Positions 58,800-64,000 of a stretch of DNA of 64,000 nucleotides are shown piece by piece. The number at the start of each line of letters is the position of its first letter. The stretch's first letter is position 1. The position numbers and the translations under genes are program-made. This stretch comes from Anthoceros angustus. Its lineage: Eukaryota > Plantae > Anthocerotophyta. The notes beneath the pieces are model-generated. The model worked only from the letters and a program-made list of their open reading frames with translations, searched no databases and had not been told where the DNA came from. Where the stretch lies: positions 1,488,001 to 1,552,000 of the forward strand of contig MU008170.1 in assembly GCA_010909165.1 (NCBI GenBank), in the 5' to 3' direction.

Positions 58800-61700
58800 A
58801 TTTCTCCCTTCTTGTTGCACCGGTGGCTTGTAGTTCTCAGCGTCCATTTGCATTGCCTCTTCAAGCGATTAGTGCGGTGTGGACTACGGACTTCCACAGG
58901 GGTTAGAAATTAGGTAGGATTTTGTTTTTGTGGAGAGAAGGATAAAATGAGGAGGAAATAAGCACGGTTAGCACTCGGACGGCACTCGGAGTATACTCGA
59001 CTCGGAGTGAGGCGTACCTAGACCTCGATGGCGGCGTAGCAGGGTAAGTCCGGACCCACTCCGACCCGAGGCGGGATAAATCGCCGAAAGAAGTTGGGCG
59101 TAAGGGCGGACTAAGCGGCCGGTGGGCGAGTGGAGGCGGGCATCAGTCGGGGCCGTAACCTTGCGAGGCCGTTATAGCGGTATTCACGCGCAGGCTGCTT
59201 GGCGTAAGTGCAGCGGAGTAAGGCAGTCTGGCGGCGTAAGGGCGAGTAAGCCATGCGGACCTCAGCGATTCACAGACGGGGAAAGGCGCCCTCAGCGGGT
59301 TACTCCGGCGTGGTCGCGGAAGAAGGTCATTTTATTTATGACCTCGAGACAATTCTCGCGATCTCTTGCGCTCATGATCCGGCTCTCTGGCGGTATCTCG
59401 TGGGACACTCGGGCGTCTTGTGCGCGGCTCACCGTTGAGGTCGGGAGCGACAGCGAAGGCTCAGCGTGCGGCGGTCTCGACAAGCGGCTCGGCAAGGGAG
59501 GAGAAGGCGATGGCACCCAAAAGCCCAAGTTTGGGAGCCATGGAACCTTGTGGGCGCAACATTGTGACCGGCGCTATCCGGACTTTGGGCTCTGGCTCCG
59601 AGGCGGGAGGTGCGAGAGTGGCATTTGGATGTGTTCCAAATGGTGCGGACATTGTGATGTCACTCTGGTCGGGAGTTTGCGGAAGATCTTGGCGGTCAAT
59701 AAGGAGGTGCGGTCAAGAACCTCGGGAGGACCAAGGCGATGGACCTTGGAGGTCTGAGGCGGCCTACCGCCCAAGGAGGAAGAGGGAGTGGTGCGGGCCC
59801 CTCAAGGCGAAGGGAAGATAGGTCGACCACGGCCGATGCTAAGGCACAGGGCCAGCGGACCCTGTGTTGGGCGATATCCGACTGTTGGGCCGGTCGAGTC
59901 GAGGCGGTGGCGGATCATCGTCACTGGAACCTACTCACCAAGGTGGATCACCTTGGTGATAATCTATTAGTGTTCACACTTGCGGCCGGGAAGAAGGCGG
60001 GAGGAAGGATTATCTTCCCGGTTTGCGAGGCCGTTATAGCGGTATTCACGCCGCGCTTGGCGGCGTAGGCGATGCAGCGGCGTAAGGCAGTCTGCAGCGG
60101 AGGCGAGTAAGCCATGCGGACCTCAGCGATTCACAGACGGGGAAAGGCGCCCTCAGCCCGGTGTTACTCCGGCGTGGTCGCGGAAGAAGGTCATTTCTGC
60201 CTCGAGACAATTCGCGATCTCTTGCGCTCCATGATCCGGCTCTCTGGCGGTATCTCGTGGGACACTCGGGCGTCTTGTGCGGCTCACCGTTGAGGTCGGA
60301 GGCGAGCAGCGAAGGCTCAGCGTGCGGCGGTCTCGACAAGCGGCTCGGCAAGGGAGGCGATGGCACCCAAAAAGCCCGGAAGTTTGGGAGCCATGGAACC
60401 TTGTGGGCGCAACATTGTGACCGGCGCTATCCGGACTTTGGGCTCGCTCCGAGGCGGGAGGTGCGAGAGTGGCATTTGGATGTGTTCCAAATGGTGCGGA
60501 CATTGTGATGTCACTACAGTCGGGAGTTTGCGGAAGATCTTGGCGCGGTCAATAAGGAGGTGCGGTCAAGAACCTCGGGAGGACCAAGGCGATGGACCTT
60601 GGAGGTCTGAGGCCTACCGCCCAAGGAGGAAGGGAGTGGTGCGGGCCCCTCAAGGCGAAGGGAAGATAGGCCCGGCCACGGCGATGCTAAGGCACAGGGG
60701 CATAGCGGACCACCAGCGGTTGGGCGATATCCGACTGTTGGACGGTCGAGTCAGGCGGTGGCGGATCATGTCACTGGAACCTACTCACCAAGGTGGATCA
60801 CCTTGGTGATAATCTAATGGTGTTCTGCAGTGCGGGGAAGAAGGCGGGGGGAAGGATTATCTTGCGGTTTAGCGAGGCTCATAGCTCGGGGCGAAGCCTT
60901 CGCCATCGGCATCCCCATACGATCCATGTATGGGGCATTTGAACTCCTCGGAAGGAGGCTTGGCGGCGCTCGGAAAGGCGGAGGCCTCCGGAAGTGGAGG
61001 CGGGCAAGGCCCGGGAGGGAGGCAGTCGTCGAAAACCAAGCGGACTCGGGAGGAGGGCGGCGGGAGGATTCCGGACTCCATCGCTGAGCGGACCCCTCAC
61101 CACCCAGTATGGGAAGCAATTCCGCCTCCCTCCTCGGTGCCCCAAGCAGGCAGCCGATCCAGCGAGGCGGCCCGGCCCAGCGGCCCGCCCGGCCATCACT
61201 CGGTGAGGCCGGACCGAGGAGAGCAGCGCAAGACCACGGCTACCAGCGCGGCACCCGGTCGGTGCAGTACCTCTTCCCTGCGGGTGGCAAGCGGAGGAAG
61301 CGATGGGAGGCGAGAAAAGGGCCCGAGGCGAGAGGACAGCGGCGGCCGCATCGAGCAGTCATCGCCCGGCGGAAGGGCAAAAGGCGTGCTCCGGACTCCA
61401 TCACCTCCGAGCCCAGGAGAAAAGGCGGAGAAGGCTCATGACCAAAGGGCCAAGGAGGAAGCTCGGGGCTCGGCCTCGGGACCTAAGGGTCTGATTGGGT
61501 CGGAGAACCCAGTCCGGACTTGCTCGGGGCTGCGGTATGGAGGTCCTTGGCCGGACCGTGAGATCTGGCTCCCTCGGACTTTGTGGGAGCCTCACGGCGG
61601 CCGTGGAGAAACACAGCGGGTCACAGCTACCGTCATGGGCGGTATGCTGCAGAATGCATGCGGGATGGCGAGGAGGAGGTGGAAGCCACCGGGCGCATGG

Positions 61701-64000
61701 TACTCCTCCGGGAGGCGGTTGGAGGAGCCAGGCGAGAAGGAAGGCCAGCTCTCGGCGGATTGAGGAAGGAAGCCGGGAGGCGGAGGAGGAGGTCTGGTCC
61801 ATCCGCAGGCCGGACCAAATTCCTTCAGTGGAGGAAAGTGAGCGAGAGGCCCAAGCGGGCGGAGGACCTCTGCAGGCGGGCGTGGCGGGCGAGGGCCTTG
61901 GGCGGAGCAGGCGGGATCTCAGGCCCGGCGGACGAGCCAAGGCTGGAGGCTCGGTGGTGAGGTGGAGGCGGAGGCCACGCAGCGGGCCGATCGCGATCAC
62001 TATCGGCGTGATCGGGCCGGTGGAGGCGGCGGGAGGCGAGCCAATCGGCCGAGCAAGTGGCCGAGCAAGCAGTGAGGTGAGGAGGCAGCCGGGAGATTGG
62101 GGACCTCGAGTGCAGCGGGAGGTAGAAGGCGGCGGGGAGGCTGGAGGACAACAAGGACACCTTGGGTTGCAACTCCAAGATGCATCAGGCGGAGGGGTTC
62201 TCAGCGAGAATCCAAGACTTGACGAGAGGTGGGCGCCTCCAGCTCCGCTTGAAACGGAGGAGAATAGGCGGCGGTGCAAGGAGTTCGGCGTCGCAAGGTT
62301 GCGGCGGGATGTGGCGGAAGCCGAGAGTCGGACGGGGATACCCGCCCTGGAGAAGGAAGTGGAGGACCTCAGGAAAGAATAGCGAGGAAGAAGCCTTTGG
62401 AGGAAAAGGTTGCTCGTCCGGTTGCGAGGCGAAGGAGCTCGGCTCCATGGCCCATAATGGCGGGCTGGAACAGCACAGGAGGAGGAGGAGCGTCGGCGGC
62501 GAAGGTTGCAAGAGTAGAGGCCCTTGGCGGCCTCAAGAGTCCGCCCGCCCTACGGTGGTAAGCAGCCGGAGGCAGGCGGTGGGCGATCTGCTCGATTCTG
62601 GAGCACCTCGGAGGAGAATGGGTGCTCGGGCTCATGTGGAGGAGGCGATTGACAAGTCGATTCCGACCGCCTACTACAGCGAGCTCCTCAAGGCTCTGGA
62701 GGTCTGCGCCACCCTAGGCGGGAGGTGGACTTCGGAAGGATGGAAGGAGGCGAGGAGGCGGACCGGGGCAGCTGGCCAGGAGTCCTAGGGCTGTTTGGCA
62801 GCAGCGGCGGCGGCGAAGGCAGCGGAGGAGGAGGAAGGCGCCACAGGAGGTAAGCACTCGGCACCCTCGCATGGAAGGGCGAGGAGGATCTTGGAGAGGG
62901 GAAGGGTGCAAGGGCATTCGGGAACCAAGGGAGGCTCGGTGGATGAACCCATGGCTAGCCGGTGGAGGCATGCCAGGAGCACGAGGTCGGACTTTGTCCG
63001 GACTCTCAGAAAGGCGGATCAGGGTCCGGCCCCAGAAATCTGGACTTAGGGATCCAGGACTCTGGTGAGTCGGACCACGAGGTCCGGACCCGAGGAAGGT
63101 TGGGTCGAGGCCGGACCCGAGGCAAGTCCGGTCCCAGGGCCGGACTCCGGCAGCCGAGGCCGGACCCAGGCGATCCGGTCCCAGGGCCGGACTCGAGCCG
63201 GAGGCCGGACCCGGAGGAAGGCCGGACCTAGAGGTCCGGACTCGAGTCGAGGGTCTGAGGTCCAAACTCGGGAGTGGGGAGAGCCACGATCCCAACCCAG
63301 ATCCAGCCCTTGGAGGCCCCTGCGCGAGGCCCGCGAGAGAGAAGAGGGAGGCGAGAAGACTTGGTGGTGGCCGTTGTCGAGGGCCGCCGGTGGCGCTCAG
63401 CAGACCCTCGGGAAGAGGAAGGGTCCGCCTCGCGGATCATCCGATTAGGTGCGCCGACCGGAGCTCGGCTTTGGGCCGCCGGTGCCAAGAAGGAATCGGG
63501 GGCCATCCGGCCCCAGCAGCGATAGGCGGAATAGGCGAGGTAGTAGGCGGTGGTTAGGGCCTGTGGCGGCCTCATTTCGAATAGAGGTGTAATAAAGCGC
63601 CGACCTTGGCGTAGTATAAGAGGCTAAGGGCCTGAATAAATCATCTTTCTCTTGGTGTTGATGCGTTCTTGCAGACCTTTGTGTGTCTTCTTGCTAACGT
63701 GAGTCACGAGTCAGCGGCGAGCACGGCGGCTCGGGAGATTGATCGGTCACGGTAGCCGGACCTAGCGTGTTGTGGTGTGTGCGGGGAAGGGTGGCGGTGA
63801 CCCGTGCTCGTCCGGGCAGCCCCCCCGGCAGGGAGTGTGGCGGAGGAACTCGGGAGGCGTCTGAGCCGGACGGAGGCCGTGGAGCAGCGGAGGAGGTCGG
63901 GCCCATGTAACCAGCGTCTTTTCTAAGGTGAGTGCGTGCGGAGGAGAGGAAAGGGCGGAAGTGTGAGTGGCAGATATGAGCGTCTGAGGTGACAGGTCCT
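58800..64000. mobile_element. GC-rich repetitive region, probably TE-derived and unclassified
   Basis: It begins abruptly at the end of the gypsy pol fragment, has high GC/CpG and G-skew, long low-complexity ORFs in several frames, and short ccggac repeats at 63050-63260. No recognisable domain. Confidence 0.4.
59150..60830. repeat. Tandem duplication of an ~0.85 kb GC-rich unit (~59150-60010 and ~60020-60830)
   Basis: ttgcgaggccgttatagcggtattcacg...caccaaggtggatcaccttggtgataatcta occurs twice; the differences are dominated by small indels. Confidence 0.92.

Overview
Eukaryotic, gene-dense plant nuclear DNA with short GT-AG introns (mostly about 80-250 bp). The PPR protein with a DYW:KP-type deaminase domain, together with the compact gene structure, points to a seed-free plant with U-to-C organellar RNA editing, most plausibly a hornwort or a compact-genome fern (inference). 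About 13 protein genes can be modelled: an R2R3-MYB of the MYB80/TDF1 type, a DnaJ protein, a signal-anchored GH17 beta-1,3-glucanase, an hnRNP-Q/R-like RRM protein, a PLS-PPR-DYW:KP protein, a DUF3475/DUF668 protein, proteasome alpha-4, a DCAF4-like WD40 protein, a synaptotagmin, a small membrane protein, a chimeric small-membrane/PMT-methyltransferase-fragment gene, and two F-box genes. They are interspersed with degenerate TE debris (Ty3/gypsy pol, LINE-like fragments, TIR elements), minisatellites and three near-identical tandem duplications whose indel-dominated differences suggest long-read assembly artefacts. The most interesting items are the putative reverse (U-to-C) editing factor ending in an unusual DHH, the six-exon chimeric membrane/PMT gene, and the type-II-anchored, Cys-cluster glucanase next to a tapetal-type MYB. 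All family assignments come from recalled motifs, not from database searches.
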